Shown here: one piece after another, positions 44,265 through 55,195 of the stretch
Numbering within the stretch: the stretch's first letter is position 1
Layout: the number at the start of each line of letters is the position of its first letter
IMG/VR virus record: IMGVR_UViG_3300047564_002270
Coordinates: 1-64,000 of that record
Strand: one strand, 5' to 3'
Origin: a virus
Length of the DNA: 64,000 nucleotides
Position numbers and translations under genes: made by a program
The notes under the pieces: model-generated
Database searches by the model: none
What the model was told of the DNA's origin: nothing
What the model saw: the letters and a program-made list of their open reading frames with translations, nothing else

Positions 44265-44603
44265 ATGGAAAAGGTAAAACGTCCTTGGGGATGGTATGAA
44301 AATCTTTTAGAAGATTCTGGATATAAAGTAAAAAGACTTTACGTTAATTCGGATCAAAGTATATCTTTACAGTATCATAATTTTAGAAATGAGCACTGGG
44401 TGGTAGTTTCTGGAGATGGTATAGTAGAAATAGATGGTGTTTCTAAGAATATCTTTTCTGGCGATTATATATTTGTTCCATTAAATTCTAAACATCGTAT
44501 TATTGGTGGAAAGTGTGGTATAATTATTGTAGAAGTTCAGATGGGAGAAGTGTGTGAAGAGACTGATATTGTCAGGATTGAAGATCAATATGGTAGAATA
44601 TAA
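44265..44603 (+). CDS. mannose-6-phosphate isomerase type II cupin domain
   Basis: RPWGWY, SLQYH..R.EHW, EVQMG..E.DIVR.ED.YGR. Confidence 0.88.
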   Translation: MEKVKRPWGWYENLLEDSGYKVKRLYVNSDQSISLQYHNFRNEHWVVVSGDGIVEIDGVSKNIFSGDYIFVPLNSKHRIIGGKCGIIIVEVQMGEVCEETDIVRIEDQYGRI

Positions 44604-44620
44604 GGAATTAAATTACTGAA

Positions 44621-45631
44621 ATGACTAAAAAAATTGCTTTAATTACTGGTATAACTGGACAAGATGGATCATATCTTGCTGAACTCCTTTTAGAAAAAGG
44701 ATATGAAGTTCATGGTATTGTTCGTAGATCTTCTTTGATTAATACTGATAGGATTGATCATATCTATAATCACATTCATCTTCATTATGGTGATCTTACG
44801 GATTCCACAAATCTTGTAAGAGTTATTCAGCAGGTTCAACCTGATGAGATTTATAATCTTGGTGCTCAGAGCCATGTAAAAGTTTCTTTTGAAATTCCTG
44901 AATATACCGGACAAGTTGATGCTCTTGGAACTCTTAGAGTTCTTGAGGCAGTTCGCCTTTTAGGAATGGATGACAAAGTTCGCATTTATCAGGCATCTAC
45001 TTCGGAACTTTATGGTAAGGTTCAGGAAATTCCTCAGACGGAGACAACTCCTTTTTATCCAAGAAGTCCTTATGGGGTTGCTAAAATTTATGGTTACTGG
45101 ATCGTTAAAAATTATCGTGAGGCATATGGACTTTATGCTTGCACGGGGATTCTTTTTAATCATGAATCTCCTCGCCGGGGTGAGACATTTGTTACTCGTA
45201 AGATCACAAGAGGTCTTAAGGCAATTTCTGAGGGCAAACAAACCGTTCTTAAACTTGGCAATCTAAATGCCCTTCGTGATTGGGGTCATGCAAAAGATTA
45301 TGTTGAAGCAATGTGGTTAATGCTTCAACAGGATGAACCTGATGACTTTGTAATTGCTACTGGTAAGCAATATTCAGTTCGTGAGTTTGTTGAAAGAGCA
45401 GCACCTTACTTTGGAATGAATATTGAATGGCAGTTTACTGATCAAGGAACTGAAGTTGGAATTGATAAAAATACTGGATTAGTGCGTGTAATGGTCGATC
45501 CTAAATATTTCCGACCTGCTGAAGTTGAAACTTTGTTAGGTGATGCCACAAAGGCAAAGCAGAAACTAGGTTGGGAACCTAAGATTTCTTTTGAACAATT
45601 AGTTGAGGAAATGTGTAAAAATGAATATTGA
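44621..45631 (+). CDS. gmd: GDP-mannose 4,6-dehydratase
   Basis: [20 protein letters not shown] and [15 protein letters not shown]. Confidence 0.96.
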   Translation: MTKKIALITGITGQDGSYLAELLLEKGYEVHGIVRRSSLINTDRIDHIYNHIHLHYGDLTDSTNLVRVIQQVQPDEIYNLGAQSHVKVSFEIPEYTGQVDALGTLRVLEAVRLLGMDDKVRIYQASTSELYGKVQEIPQTETTPFYPRSPYGVAKIYGYWIVKNYREAYGLYACTGILFNHESPRRGETFVTRKITRGLKAISEGKQTVLKLGNLNALRDWGHAKDYVEAMWLMLQQDEPDDFVIATGKQYSVREFVERAAPYFGMNIEWQFTDQGTEVGIDKNTGLVRVMVDPKYFRPAEVETLLGDATKAKQKLGWEPKISFEQLVEEMCKNEY

Positions 45632-46565
45632 TTCTAAAATTTTTATTGCTGGTCATCGAGGTTTGGTTGGATCCGCGCTTACTAGAAATTTAAAGGACCT
45701 TGGACATACTAATGTTCTTGGTGTAAGTAAATCTATATTAGATTTAACAAATCAAAATCAGGTTAATGATTTCTTTGAAAACGAAAGACCCGAGTATGTT
45801 TTTCTTGCTGCCGCAAAAGTCGGCGGTATTGGATATAATAAACAATGCCCCGCAGATTTTATTAGAGAAAATCTGCAAATTCAAACCAACGTGATTGATG
45901 CTGCATATAGAAATGGTTGTAAAAAACTTCTATTTTTAGGATCTGCTTGTATATATCCTAAACATGCGCCAGTTCCAATTAAGGAAGAGTATTTGATGTC
46001 TGGTCCTCTTGAAGAGACGAATATCTCATATTCATTGGCAAAGATTTCTGGATATCTAATGTGCAAAAAATATACTGAACAGTATGGGTTTTCTACTGTT
46101 TCTGTAATGCCAAATAATCTTTATGGTATCAATGATAATTTTATCATTGAGCAATGTCATGTGATTCCAAGTTTTATTAATAAATTTATTTCTGCAAAAG
46201 AAGATAACCAAGATATTGTAACTTGCTTTGGTGATGGAAGTCCAACCAGAGAGTTTTTATTCTCTGATGACCTTGCTGATGGTCTTGTGTTTTTGATGAA
46301 CAATTACTCTGATCCAGAAATTATTAATATCGGACCTCAGAGAGAGGTTAGTATTAAAGAACTTTCTGAATTAATTTCTAAGTTAGTTGAGTATACTGGA
46401 GAAATTTATTGGGATGTCAACAAACCAAATGGAACTCCTAGGAGAGCTTTAGATACTACTAAAATGGATTCCTTAGGTTGGAAGGCAAAAACATCACTTG
46501 AAGATGGTTTAAAAATTACAATTGATTGGTTTTTACAAAATAGGAGCAATTATGTCAGGGTATAA
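45621..46565 (+). CDS. fcl: GDP-L-fucose/colitose synthase (WcaG/Fcl/ColC family)
   Basis: [22 protein letters not shown] and YSLAK. Confidence 0.88.
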   Translation: MNIDSKIFIAGHRGLVGSALTRNLKDLGHTNVLGVSKSILDLTNQNQVNDFFENERPEYVFLAAAKVGGIGYNKQCPADFIRENLQIQTNVIDAAYRNGCKKLLFLGSACIYPKHAPVPIKEEYLMSGPLEETNISYSLAKISGYLMCKKYTEQYGFSTVSVMPNNLYGINDNFIIEQCHVIPSFINKFISAKEDNQDIVTCFGDGSPTREFLFSDDLADGLVFLMNNYSDPEIINIGPQREVSIKELSELISKLVEYTGEIYWDVNKPNGTPRRALDTTKMDSLGWKAKTSLEDGLKITIDWFLQNRSNYVRV

Positions 46566-47718
46566 GTGGCCACTCATGAAAAACACTCTGTCAATCATGG
46601 ACAGAGTTAAATTGGCTAAGTTCATTTTAACTTCAGATAAATTTACTCAAGGTAAAAAAGTAAATCAATTTGAAGATGAGTGGTCAAAATGGATTGGTTG
46701 CAAACATTCTTTATTTGTAACATCTGGAAGTACTGCTAATTTTCTTTTGGTTGCTGCAATAATTGAAAAATTTAATTTACAGAAAGGGGATAAAGTTTTA
46801 CTCCCTGCTTGCACTTGGGTAACCAATATAAACCCTATTTTTCAATTAGGTCTTACTCCAATTTTTTGTGATGTAAATCTAGATGATTATAGTTTTGACA
46901 TTGAAAATTTAAAGCATATTTCCCAGACTCACTCTGATATTAAACTTGTTTTTGTAACTCATCTTCTTGGTATTCCTGCAAAAATAGAAAAGTATAAAGA
47001 GATTTTTCCAAATGCAATCTTTATCGATGATGTATGCGAATCTCATGGTTGTGTTGATTCTTTTGGAAATAAAATTGGATCTAATAGTTTAGGTGCAACT
47101 TTTAGTTTCTATTTTGGTCATCATATGTCAACTATTGAAGGTGGGATGATTTCCACTAATGATAGTGAACTATATGATTTGATGAAACTGAAAAGGTCTC
47201 ATGGGTTGGCAAGAGTGTCTGATAACTTTGATGAATACTCAAAGAAAAATCCAGAGATTGAAAAGTCTTTTCTGTTTGTGACTGATGGATATAATTTCCG
47301 AAATACTGAACTTGGGGCAGTTCTTGGTTTATCTCAACTCAAAAGGTTGGATAAGTTTATTGGAATTAGAAGAAATAATTATAAACAATTTGCCAATATC
47401 ATAAACAAACATAGTGATAAATTTTATCCAGTGGATTATAATTGGGGAAATAGTTGCTTCTGTTTTCCTTTCATTTGCAGGACTGCGGACGTAAAGAATA
47501 AACTAATTCAATTATTTGATAGGTATAAAATAGAATATAGACCAGTTGTCGGTGGGAATCTTTTAAGGCAACCTTATTTAAAAGGTTATACTATTTCTGA
47601 CAAAGTTGATAATTTTAATGTTGACATCATACACGAAAATGGAGTATATATAGGTAACAGTCAATTTGTTACAGAAAAGCAATTAATTCAAATTGATGAA
47701 ATATTAAAATTATTTTGA
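46552..47718 (+). CDS. PLP-dependent DegT-family enzyme, ColD-like 3-dehydratase
   Basis: SGSTANFL, DDVCESHG, SFYFGHHMSTIEGG (His in place of the Schiff-base Lys). Confidence 0.8.
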   Translation: MSGYKWPLMKNTLSIMDRVKLAKFILTSDKFTQGKKVNQFEDEWSKWIGCKHSLFVTSGSTANFLLVAAIIEKFNLQKGDKVLLPACTWVTNINPIFQLGLTPIFCDVNLDDYSFDIENLKHISQTHSDIKLVFVTHLLGIPAKIEKYKEIFPNAIFIDDVCESHGCVDSFGNKIGSNSLGATFSFYFGHHMSTIEGGMISTNDSELYDLMKLKRSHGLARVSDNFDEYSKKNPEIEKSFLFVTDGYNFRNTELGAVLGLSQLKRLDKFIGIRRNNYKQFANIINKHSDKFYPVDYNWGNSCFCFPFICRTADVKNKLIQLFDRYKIEYRPVVGGNLLRQPYLKGYTISDKVDNFNVDIIHENGVYIGNSQFVTEKQLIQIDEILKLF

Positions 47719-47726
47719 GGAAATTT

Positions 47727-48071
47727 ATGAGTAAATTTGGAGATCTTATCGATCAGTGCATTTCACAAACAGTAAATGAAGTTTTGTCTCAGAGAGAACT
47801 TCCAGATATTGAATATATTGCAACTGATAATCTTGGAGAAGTTGTAGAGAAACTTTCTATCCTTCATATTAGAACTTGGATGCTTGAAGATGCAATTCAA
47901 GAAGCAAAAACTGATGAAGAAATTGCTGAGTTAAAAAGAAAAATTGATATTTGCTTTAAAGTAAAAAGACCAAGACTTGTTCAGGCAATTAATTGCTTAG
48001 TTGAAGATGCAATTCATAATAATAAAAGCCTCAGAGAGGACTCTGTGAAATTGTATAAGGGTGTTGAGTAA
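47727..48071 (+). CDS. DUF4254-like helical protein
   Basis: LGEVVEKLSILHIRTWMLED. Confidence 0.6.
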   Translation: MSKFGDLIDQCISQTVNEVLSQRELPDIEYIATDNLGEVVEKLSILHIRTWMLEDAIQEAKTDEEIAELKRKIDICFKVKRPRLVQAINCLVEDAIHNNKSLREDSVKLYKGVE

Positions 48072-49003
48072 TGAAAAATATTTGTTTTTTCTGCCATTTT
48101 CATAATGGGGATATTTTTCATGTGAAATCTTTTATTAAAGATATAACCTCAAAAATAGACACTGAATATTACATAGCTCATCCAAACAGTGAAATTATTA
48201 CCTGTGATATGGATCTTCAGTATATTAATATTCCTTTAAGTTGGTCTAAGTTTACGGAACAATATCAAGAGAATAGAAAATTATATGAAGATCATGTAAA
48301 TTTATTGCTTGGGAAAGAGCATACCAAGTTTATTGAGACTGATGATTGTTTCTACATCAATACTTGGATTGGTGGTTATTTTGGTAATGAAAATGAATAT
48401 AATGGAGAATGTTCTTTGAGAGGATTTTACAGAATGTTCTCTAAAATTTATGAAAAATTGAATGAGGTATTTAATACTAATTTAGAATTAGGGCAGTTAA
48501 ACGATTATCTTCCATTTGTTGATTATTCAAAAATAGATTGTAGTGAAGTTGATAAATTTTTAGAAAACAATAATAATCAAAAAATTCTTATTTGTAATGG
48601 TCCTGCTTGTTCTGGGCAAACAACTTATAATGGAAATATGTCTGAGATTATAGTTCCATTAGCTGAGCAGAATGAAGATAAAACTTTTATTTGTACTCAG
48701 AAATTTGATACTGAATTAAATAATATAAAATTCAGCAATGATATTATTAACTCAAATTCTTGCGATTTGAATGAAATATCTTATCTGTCAAAATTTTGCT
48801 ATTTAATTGTAGGAAGAAATTCTGGACCTTTCTGTTTTTCTACAACTTATGAAAATTTAAATAATAAAGATAAAACATTTTTGGCTTTTGGAACTAGAGC
48901 AACAGATTGTTTAGCTTACGAAATGGATATAAATTCATCTTTTGTTTTTGAATATTTTAACAGCGTGGATGATTTGTATAAATCAATATCTGAATTAGTT
49001 TGA
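48071..49003 (+). CDS. putative glycosyltransferase-related protein
   Basis: HNGDIF..INTWIG..IVGRNSGP; sugar-cluster context. Confidence 0.55.
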   Translation: MKNICFFCHFHNGDIFHVKSFIKDITSKIDTEYYIAHPNSEIITCDMDLQYINIPLSWSKFTEQYQENRKLYEDHVNLLLGKEHTKFIETDDCFYINTWIGGYFGNENEYNGECSLRGFYRMFSKIYEKLNEVFNTNLELGQLNDYLPFVDYSKIDCSEVDKFLENNNNQKILICNGPACSGQTTYNGNMSEIIVPLAEQNEDKTFICTQKFDTELNNIKFSNDIINSNSCDLNEISYLSKFCYLIVGRNSGPFCFSTTYENLNNKDKTFLAFGTRATDCLAYEMDINSSFVFEYFNSVDDLYKSISELV

Positions 49004-49014
49004 CATTATCTTAT

Positions 49015-50565
49015 ATGGAAAAATTTGCATTACTTGAAGTTGGGACTCCGCGTGGATTTCTTTCTAATTATACTACGGTATTAACTTCTTTTAGAAATTT
49101 AGTTAAGAATAAAAATATTGACCCAGAAAATATTTTTATTTCATCGAAAATGTTTTCTCTTTATGGTAATCCTGAGAATTGGTTTGATTCATCTAGGATA
49201 GTTGAAGATAATCCTGAAGAATTTATTTTATGGGATAGTGTAGATAACTTTGATCTATCTCTTTGGCCAACTACTACAGAGCTTGAACTTCAGGAATATA
49301 TTAAATATATTCCCTTTAACGATAGAATTCAACAGTTATTGACATTCGATAAAGTTGATTATTCAAATTGTCTTGGGATTCATTATAGGGGGACTGATAA
49401 TAGAAATGATTGTGGGCATACTGATTTTGTCTCTTTGGAAAAAACATTAAACTCTGCTTTAATTGAATTTAATGAAAACACATATGATTCTATTTTTATT
49501 GCTTCGGATGAACTTGGAGTTGTGGAGGAAGCTAAAGATTTCTTTTTAAAGGAATGTAATTTTAAAAACATACTTCACTTTAACCATATTAGAACAACAG
49601 GATATCAGGGGTTGCATTTTTCTGATTTTTCAGCAGACGAAAAAATAACTCTTGGTGATCAAGTTTTAGTAGACTCTACTACACTTTCAAAGTGTAAGAC
49701 TATAATTGGAAAAACTTCAAATATTGTAAATTATGCTAGGATTCTAAATCCAAATATTGAAATTTTATATCAAGATTTAGATAGCAATCGCTTACTCGGT
49801 AATTTGAATCAAACATTTAATCAAATTAGGATATCTGATATACAACCTTTTATTTTTAATTGGAAAAATCAATTTGAAAAAACTATTAAGACTGAAAAAT
49901 CTTTAAAAGAAATTTTTGGAGATGTGACTGTTATTAATAGTGATGAGGATAATACTAGAGAAGGTTGGATTGATTTAGGAGATAGTGCTTATTTTACCGA
50001 GCAGTTTACTAAAGCTTTGGAATTATTTAAAGACAATAAAAAAGTTTTAATGCATGTTCAAGGAGATACTGAGTATGATAATTATCTCGAATTGGTAAAT
50101 GATGCAAGAAAATATTATTCCATATATGAATGGGGTGTGTATGCTCCTGATATTACTAATGTTTGGTATACTTCAGAAAATGTGGATATTAATGGAATAG
50201 AATCCGAACATGAAAATATTAAAATGGTGGCGTGTACAGATGAAACTGTTTGGTTCATTCATAGGGATATTATAGAAGAATACTATGAAAGAAAACTTTT
50301 CGAAATCATGAATTCGGAAAAAATGAAAATGGGATGGGGTTGGGATTTGGTTATGAATTCTTTATCCTTTTTAAAGGGTAGACCTGTGATCCGGGATTAT
50401 AATCATCAAGTTCAACATAAGGAAGGAACAGATTATGATAAAGCATTTGCATCTCAAGAAATGACCAATCTTTGGTATAATCTTACCGATGACCTAAAAG
50501 AATGTATATCTTACATTAAGGGTGATCGAGAAAATTTAACAAAATATTTCAATAGCGATGGATAA
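49015..50565 (+). CDS. two-domain glycosyltransferase with NodZ/fucosyltransferase-like N-terminal half
   Basis: LGIHYRGTD and IFIASD motifs; C-terminal GWGWD domain. Confidence 0.65.
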   Translation: MEKFALLEVGTPRGFLSNYTTVLTSFRNLVKNKNIDPENIFISSKMFSLYGNPENWFDSSRIVEDNPEEFILWDSVDNFDLSLWPTTTELELQEYIKYIPFNDRIQQLLTFDKVDYSNCLGIHYRGTDNRNDCGHTDFVSLEKTLNSALIEFNENTYDSIFIASDELGVVEEAKDFFLKECNFKNILHFNHIRTTGYQGLHFSDFSADEKITLGDQVLVDSTTLSKCKTIIGKTSNIVNYARILNPNIEILYQDLDSNRLLGNLNQTFNQIRISDIQPFIFNWKNQFEKTIKTEKSLKEIFGDVTVINSDEDNTREGWIDLGDSAYFTEQFTKALELFKDNKKVLMHVQGDTEYDNYLELVNDARKYYSIYEWGVYAPDITNVWYTSENVDINGIESEHENIKMVACTDETVWFIHRDIIEEYYERKLFEIMNSEKMKMGWGWDLVMNSLSFLKGRPVIRDYNHQVQHKEGTDYDKAFASQEMTNLWYNLTDDLKECISYIKGDRENLTKYFNSDG

Positions 50566-51349
50566 AAATAAAGCAGTATTCAAATTAAATAATCTACCTT
50601 CGATATATTGGTTGAACTTAGATTCAGATACTCATCGTTGTCAATATATGGAAGGGCAATTTGATTATTGGGAAATCAAAAAGCATCATCGTATTTCTGG
50701 ATATGATGGAAGAGGTGATGATGTTTCTTCTTATTTGAAGGGGAGAATGCCTGATAATATGACTCAAAATGAGGTTGGATGTGTCTTGTCTCATTTAAAA
50801 GCAATTAAGCATTTTTATGAAGAAACTGACGATCCATATGTTCTTATTCTAGAAGATGATGTAAGTTTTGAACCTGTAAAATATTGGAGTTTTTCTTGGA
50901 CTGATTTTGTTGCAAATCTTCCTTATGATTGGGATTGTGTTCAATTAACAACTATATGTACTGGCGATATACATGTAAATCTTCATATCAGATTTATTAA
51001 TGATTTTTCTGCAGCCGCATATCTTATAACTAGGCATCACGCTGAAAAAATCGTTAAAAATCATATTAGGGGTGACAAATATAAACTTGATAACGGGGTA
51101 AAGCCTAGAGCAGTTTCTGAAGACCTTATTTTTGAATCTGGAAAAACCTATAGTGTTCCGATATTTTTGTATCGTTTGGATATGGGATCTGCCATTCACC
51201 CTGAGCATATTGAGATATTCCATAAAAATAGTCACGACGGTTTAATGAATTTTTGGAAAACTAGTGGATGTGATTTTAAAATATCTCAAATGATGACATA
51301 TGATCCTTATTTAAAGAGAATTACTCATCCTTCTGAAAAAACTTCTTGA
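50558..51349 (+). CDS. glycosyltransferase family 25
   Basis: WLNLD..R, EVGCVLSH, LILEDD and AYLIT. Confidence 0.85.
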   Translation: MDKNKAVFKLNNLPSIYWLNLDSDTHRCQYMEGQFDYWEIKKHHRISGYDGRGDDVSSYLKGRMPDNMTQNEVGCVLSHLKAIKHFYEETDDPYVLILEDDVSFEPVKYWSFSWTDFVANLPYDWDCVQLTTICTGDIHVNLHIRFINDFSAAAYLITRHHAEKIVKNHIRGDKYKLDNGVKPRAVSEDLIFESGKTYSVPIFLYRLDMGSAIHPEHIEIFHKNSHDGLMNFWKTSGCDFKISQMMTYDPYLKRITHPSEKTS

Positions 51350-51491
51350 CAAATCAATTATTCCACCTTATACTAAATAAGTGAGCGTGACGAAACCTCA
51401 ACTACTCGTTTGGTTACGTGAACTAAATCGGAAGATAGTCGGTCTTCCATTCATCCGCAGGTTAACTCTGCGAGAAAATATAGAGATACTT

Positions 51492-52952
51492 ATGTTTAAA
51501 TCCGCAATCGCAGCAACTCTAGCTGCAACCCCACTAGTCGCTGGTGCTGCGTTCGCAGAACCATTTGGTCAATATGGACCATATGTGGAATCACAAGTTA
51601 CTAGTATTAGTCAATTCTCTGATGTGCAACCAACTGATTGGGCATATCAGGCACTCAGCAACCTCGTAGAGCGTTATGGCTGCGTTGCTGGTTATCCTAA
51701 TGGCACCTATGGCGGTGGCAAGGCAATGACCCGCTATGAGGCAGCAGCACTTCTCAATTCTTGCTTGGATCGTGTGACGGAAGTTACTGATGAACTCAAG
51801 CGTCTTATGAGTGAGTTCTCTAATGAACTTGCTGTCATCAAAGGTCGTGTAGACGGTCTTGAAGCAAAGGTTGGTGAACTTGAGGCGACTCAATTCTCTA
51901 CTACTACCAAACTGAAAGGTGAAGCAACATTCGTTCTTGGTGGCGTTCCTGGTTATGATACCAAGAGTGATGTCAGCACTCGCACAGCATTTAACTATGA
52001 TGTTCGTCTGAACTTTGATACTTCATTCACTGGTAAGGATCTGCTTCGCACTCGTCTGCGTTCTTCTAACTTCAGCACTGATCCGTTTGGTTCTTCTTCA
52101 TCGCTGTTTAAACTTGACAAGGCAGACAACTTCTCAAGTGATAATGGAGATAATGTAGTCCTTGATCGTCTGTATTATTCATTCCCTGCGTTCAACAACA
52201 CCACTACTCTGACTGCTGGTGCTAAGGTTCGTAATACCGAAATGGCGTGGGTTCCTTCGGCATATAAGTCTGAAATTCTTGACTTCTTTGCCGTTGCTGG
52301 TGCTCCTGGTGTCTATAACAAGGCAACTGGTGCTGGTTTTGGTGCTCTGTATTCTGGTAAGAGTGGATTTGTTGCTGGTGTAAACTATGTTGCCCAAGAT
52401 GGAGACAACTCTGAAACTGGAGTATTTGATGAAACTGGTGCTCTGAATACTATGGTTCAACTTGGATATCGTGGTAAAAACTATGGTATCGGACTTGGTT
52501 ATCGTTATGGTACTCAGGGAACTCGTGTTCGTACTTATAACGGTCTAGATGGTGCCTCTGGTACTCTTGTTCCTGGACAAACTTCTAGTGGTTACTCTGC
52601 AAACGCTTACTGGCAACCTGAGAAGTCGGGTATTGTTCCTTCAATCACCGTTGGTTATGGTTGGAACACTGTAAGTGGCACTGAGAGTGCTGCTACTGAT
52701 AGTCAATCCTGGATGGCAGGTCTCCAGTGGTCTGATGTATTTGCCAAGGGTAACTCTGCAGGTATCGCTGTAGGTCAAGCACCCACTGGTGAAGAACTTG
52801 AGAAGGCAACAATGCTTGAAATTTTCTACAAGTATCAGGTGTCTGACAACATCAGCATCACTCCTGCGATCTTCTACGCTAGTGACAACCAGCGTCTGAA
52901 TGATAATGCCTCCAAGTGGGGTGGTGTAATCCAGACCAAGTTTACCTTCTGA
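51492..52952 (+). CDS. cyanobacterial outer-membrane porin (SLH + OprB/Som type)
   Basis: signal peptide; SDVQPTDWAYQAL..TRYEAAALL; QFSTTTKLKG; terminal Phe. Confidence 0.9.
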   Translation: MFKSAIAATLAATPLVAGAAFAEPFGQYGPYVESQVTSISQFSDVQPTDWAYQALSNLVERYGCVAGYPNGTYGGGKAMTRYEAAALLNSCLDRVTEVTDELKRLMSEFSNELAVIKGRVDGLEAKVGELEATQFSTTTKLKGEATFVLGGVPGYDTKSDVSTRTAFNYDVRLNFDTSFTGKDLLRTRLRSSNFSTDPFGSSSSLFKLDKADNFSSDNGDNVVLDRLYYSFPAFNNTTTLTAGAKVRNTEMAWVPSAYKSEILDFFAVAGAPGVYNKATGAGFGALYSGKSGFVAGVNYVAQDGDNSETGVFDETGALNTMVQLGYRGKNYGIGLGYRYGTQGTRVRTYNGLDGASGTLVPGQTSSGYSANAYWQPEKSGIVPSITVGYGWNTVSGTESAATDSQSWMAGLQWSDVFAKGNSAGIAVGQAPTGEELEKATMLEIFYKYQVSDNISITPAIFYASDNQRLNDNASKWGGVIQTKFTF

Positions 52953-53005
52953 TAAACTACTCATAGGTTGAGTGAAACCACCCCTTTCTGGGGTGGTTTT
53001 TTTAT

Positions 53006-53034
53006 GTTATAAACTTCTTAACCAAATCTTAGTG
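53006..53034 (+). promoter_or_regulatory. putative Pho box upstream of pstS
   Basis: GTTATAA, CTTAACC and CTTAGTG at 11-bp spacing. Confidence 0.45.
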
Positions 53035-53096
53035 GACTTCTCCTTTCGGATCTTCTATAATTTCGGAGAAGTCTATTTTACTTCTAACAAATTTTT

Positions 53097-54059
53097 ATGA
53101 AACTTAAACACATTTTTGCAATTGGTCTTCTTGCTGCACCTACTGCTGCACTTGCAGGAACGACTTTGAACGGTGCTGGTGCCACCTTCCCCGCACCAAT
53201 TTATCAACGCTGGTTCCAAGATTATGCACGAACTTCTGGGAGTAGGGTTAATTATCAGTCCGTTGGTTCTGGTGCTGGTGTTCGTCAATTCCTTGCGGGC
53301 ACAGTTGACTTCGGGGCAAGTGATGAACCAATCAAAGCATCAGAAGCCGCTAAAGTAAAGCGTGGTGTTGTTCAGATCCCTATGGTGGGTGGAACGATTG
53401 CGATTGCCTATAACAAACCAGGATGCACTTTGAAACTCACTCAGAAGCAAACTGTAGACATCTTTGCTGGACGTATTAAGGATTGGAAGGCACTTGGTTG
53501 TGCTGCTGGTCCTATTCGCACCGTATATCGTGCAGATGGTTCTGGAACTACCTTTGCCTTTACCAACTCCCTGGATGCCTTTGGTGGTTGGACTGCTGGT
53601 GTAGGTAAGGCAGTTAAGTGGCCTACTGGTATTGGTGCAAAAGGTAATGAAGGTGTTTCTGGCACTGTTAAGACTACTCCTGGATCTATTGGTTATGTGA
53701 ACACTGGATTTGTAAAGGTAAATAAACTCCAAGCAGCAGCACTTCAAAACAAGGCAGGTAAGTTTGTTCTTCCTACTGCAGCTTCTGGTTCTACCGCACT
53801 GAATGGTATCAAACTGGATGCAAACCTTGCTGGTGAAAATCCCAATCCTGCTGGTGCAAATGCTTATCCAATTTCTACTTTGACTTGGGTTCTTGCTTAT
53901 AAGACTGGCAATGGTGCCAAGACAAATGATATCCGTGCTGCTCTTAATTATGCTCTGAGTTCTAAGGCACAATCGATTGCTGATGATCTTGGATATGTTC
54001 CTTTGAGTGGTTCTGTGCTTAACAAAGCAAGGATTGCTGTTGGGCGTATTGGTCAGTAA
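53097..54059 (+). CDS. pstS: phosphate ABC transporter substrate-binding protein
   Basis: GAGATFP, YQSVGSGAG, RADGSGTT and YPIST. Confidence 0.95.
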   Translation: MKLKHIFAIGLLAAPTAALAGTTLNGAGATFPAPIYQRWFQDYARTSGSRVNYQSVGSGAGVRQFLAGTVDFGASDEPIKASEAAKVKRGVVQIPMVGGTIAIAYNKPGCTLKLTQKQTVDIFAGRIKDWKALGCAAGPIRTVYRADGSGTTFAFTNSLDAFGGWTAGVGKAVKWPTGIGAKGNEGVSGTVKTTPGSIGYVNTGFVKVNKLQAAALQNKAGKFVLPTAASGSTALNGIKLDANLAGENPNPAGANAYPISTLTWVLAYKTGNGAKTNDIRAALNYALSSKAQSIADDLGYVPLSGSVLNKARIAVGRIGQ

Positions 54060-54141
54060 ATTCAAACAAAACTTTGAGTGGGGGCTTGACGCCCCTTTAT
54101 TTTTCCTATATAATTGTGTAACAATTCGTAATAAAACGAAA

Positions 54142-54351
54142 ATGACTGTAACAAAAAATGAGTTTGGGCAAATGAATATGTTTGCCAAAGAACCTTCGAT
54201 GTATATGTCAAAGGAAGATCTTGAGCGTTATGGTATTGAACCCTATGCTGAGAAAGCGGAGAAAATGAATGGACGTTGGGCTATGGTCGGTTTTGTTGCT
54301 GGGATCATTTCTTATTCTATCACTGGCAACTTCTTCTTCGGAATCTTCTGA
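54142..54351 (+). CDS. hli: high-light inducible protein
   Basis: AEKMNGRWAMVG. Confidence 0.9.
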   Translation: MTVTKNEFGQMNMFAKEPSMYMSKEDLERYGIEPYAEKAEKMNGRWAMVGFVAGIISYSITGNFFFGIF

Positions 54352-54446
54352 GGGTTGACAATGACCTCAATCATCTTTACAATTACTAGTGTTGCCTTTT
54401 TTGTTTTACTGGCACACTCCGTAAATCAACTTTCTGAAACTTACTG

Positions 54447-54740
54447 ATGACTACTTATAACATTACTCTTCAACATCCTGATGGCACTGAAAATGTAATT
54501 CAGTGCGAAGATGACCAATACATTCTGGAAGCTGCTGAAGAAGCAGGTCTTGAACTGCTTTACTCTTGCCGTGCTGGTGCTTGTTCTTCTTGTGCTGGTA
54601 AATTGGTAAGTGGCACTGTTGATAATAGTGAGCAATCTTTTCTGGATGATGATCAAATCGATGATGGATTTATTCTTACTTGTGTGGCATATCCTACCAG
54701 CGATTGTGTGATCCTTACTGAACAGGAAGAAAACCTGTGA
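54447..54740 (+). CDS. petF: [2Fe-2S] ferredoxin
   Basis: [10 protein letters not shown] and LTCVAYP. Confidence 0.95.
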   Translation: MTTYNITLQHPDGTENVIQCEDDQYILEAAEEAGLELLYSCRAGACSSCAGKLVSGTVDNSEQSFLDDDQIDDGFILTCVAYPTSDCVILTEQEENL

Positions 54741-55009
54741 GTGCTGGAATGTTAGGGCAATTTGCTATTGCTCTTGAAAAACTTGGATGGGACGCTAACG
54801 ATGAACTCTCTGTAGAGATCGGTGGTGTAGCGGTAACAGGAACTGCAACTCATCCAGATGCTAATGAGAAATGGGCAAAACCATTTGGGACCGTAACTTA
54901 TCACAATGATGCTTTCATTGTGATTAAAAACAAAACCAGAAGTCCTATGGTATTTTCCCAACCCAATCCTGAACTTAAACAACAACACCCCTATACTGGA
55001 GGAAACTAA
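54737..55009 (+). CDS. conserved cyanophage hypothetical protein
   Basis: overlaps the petF stop (GTGA); [13 protein letters not shown]. Confidence 0.6.
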   Translation: MSAGMLGQFAIALEKLGWDANDELSVEIGGVAVTGTATHPDANEKWAKPFGTVTYHNDAFIVIKNKTRSPMVFSQPNPELKQQHPYTGGN

Positions 55010-55010
55010 A

Positions 55011-55130
55011 ATGAAAAATCTTTTTACTGAGAAAGCAGAACGTATTAATGGTTTGGCTGCTATGATTGGAATTATTGCTGCAATGGGTTCCTATGCCGTA
55101 ACTGGTCAAATTATCCCTGGAGTATTCTGA
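55011..55130 (+). CDS. hli: high-light inducible protein (39 aa)
   Basis: AERINGLAAMIG..TGQIIPGVF, translated by hand; GGAGG RBS. Confidence 0.88.
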   Translation: MKNLFTEKAERINGLAAMIGIIAAMGSYAVTGQIIPGVF

Positions 55131-55195
55131 TTATGATTCGTGACATTTATAATAAAATCATTAACAATAATAAAGGACAAGGTGTGGAGGTTCCT

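Noticed and set aside
53340-54188. 282-aa minus-strand ORF
   Set aside because: Antisense shadow of pstS and hli.
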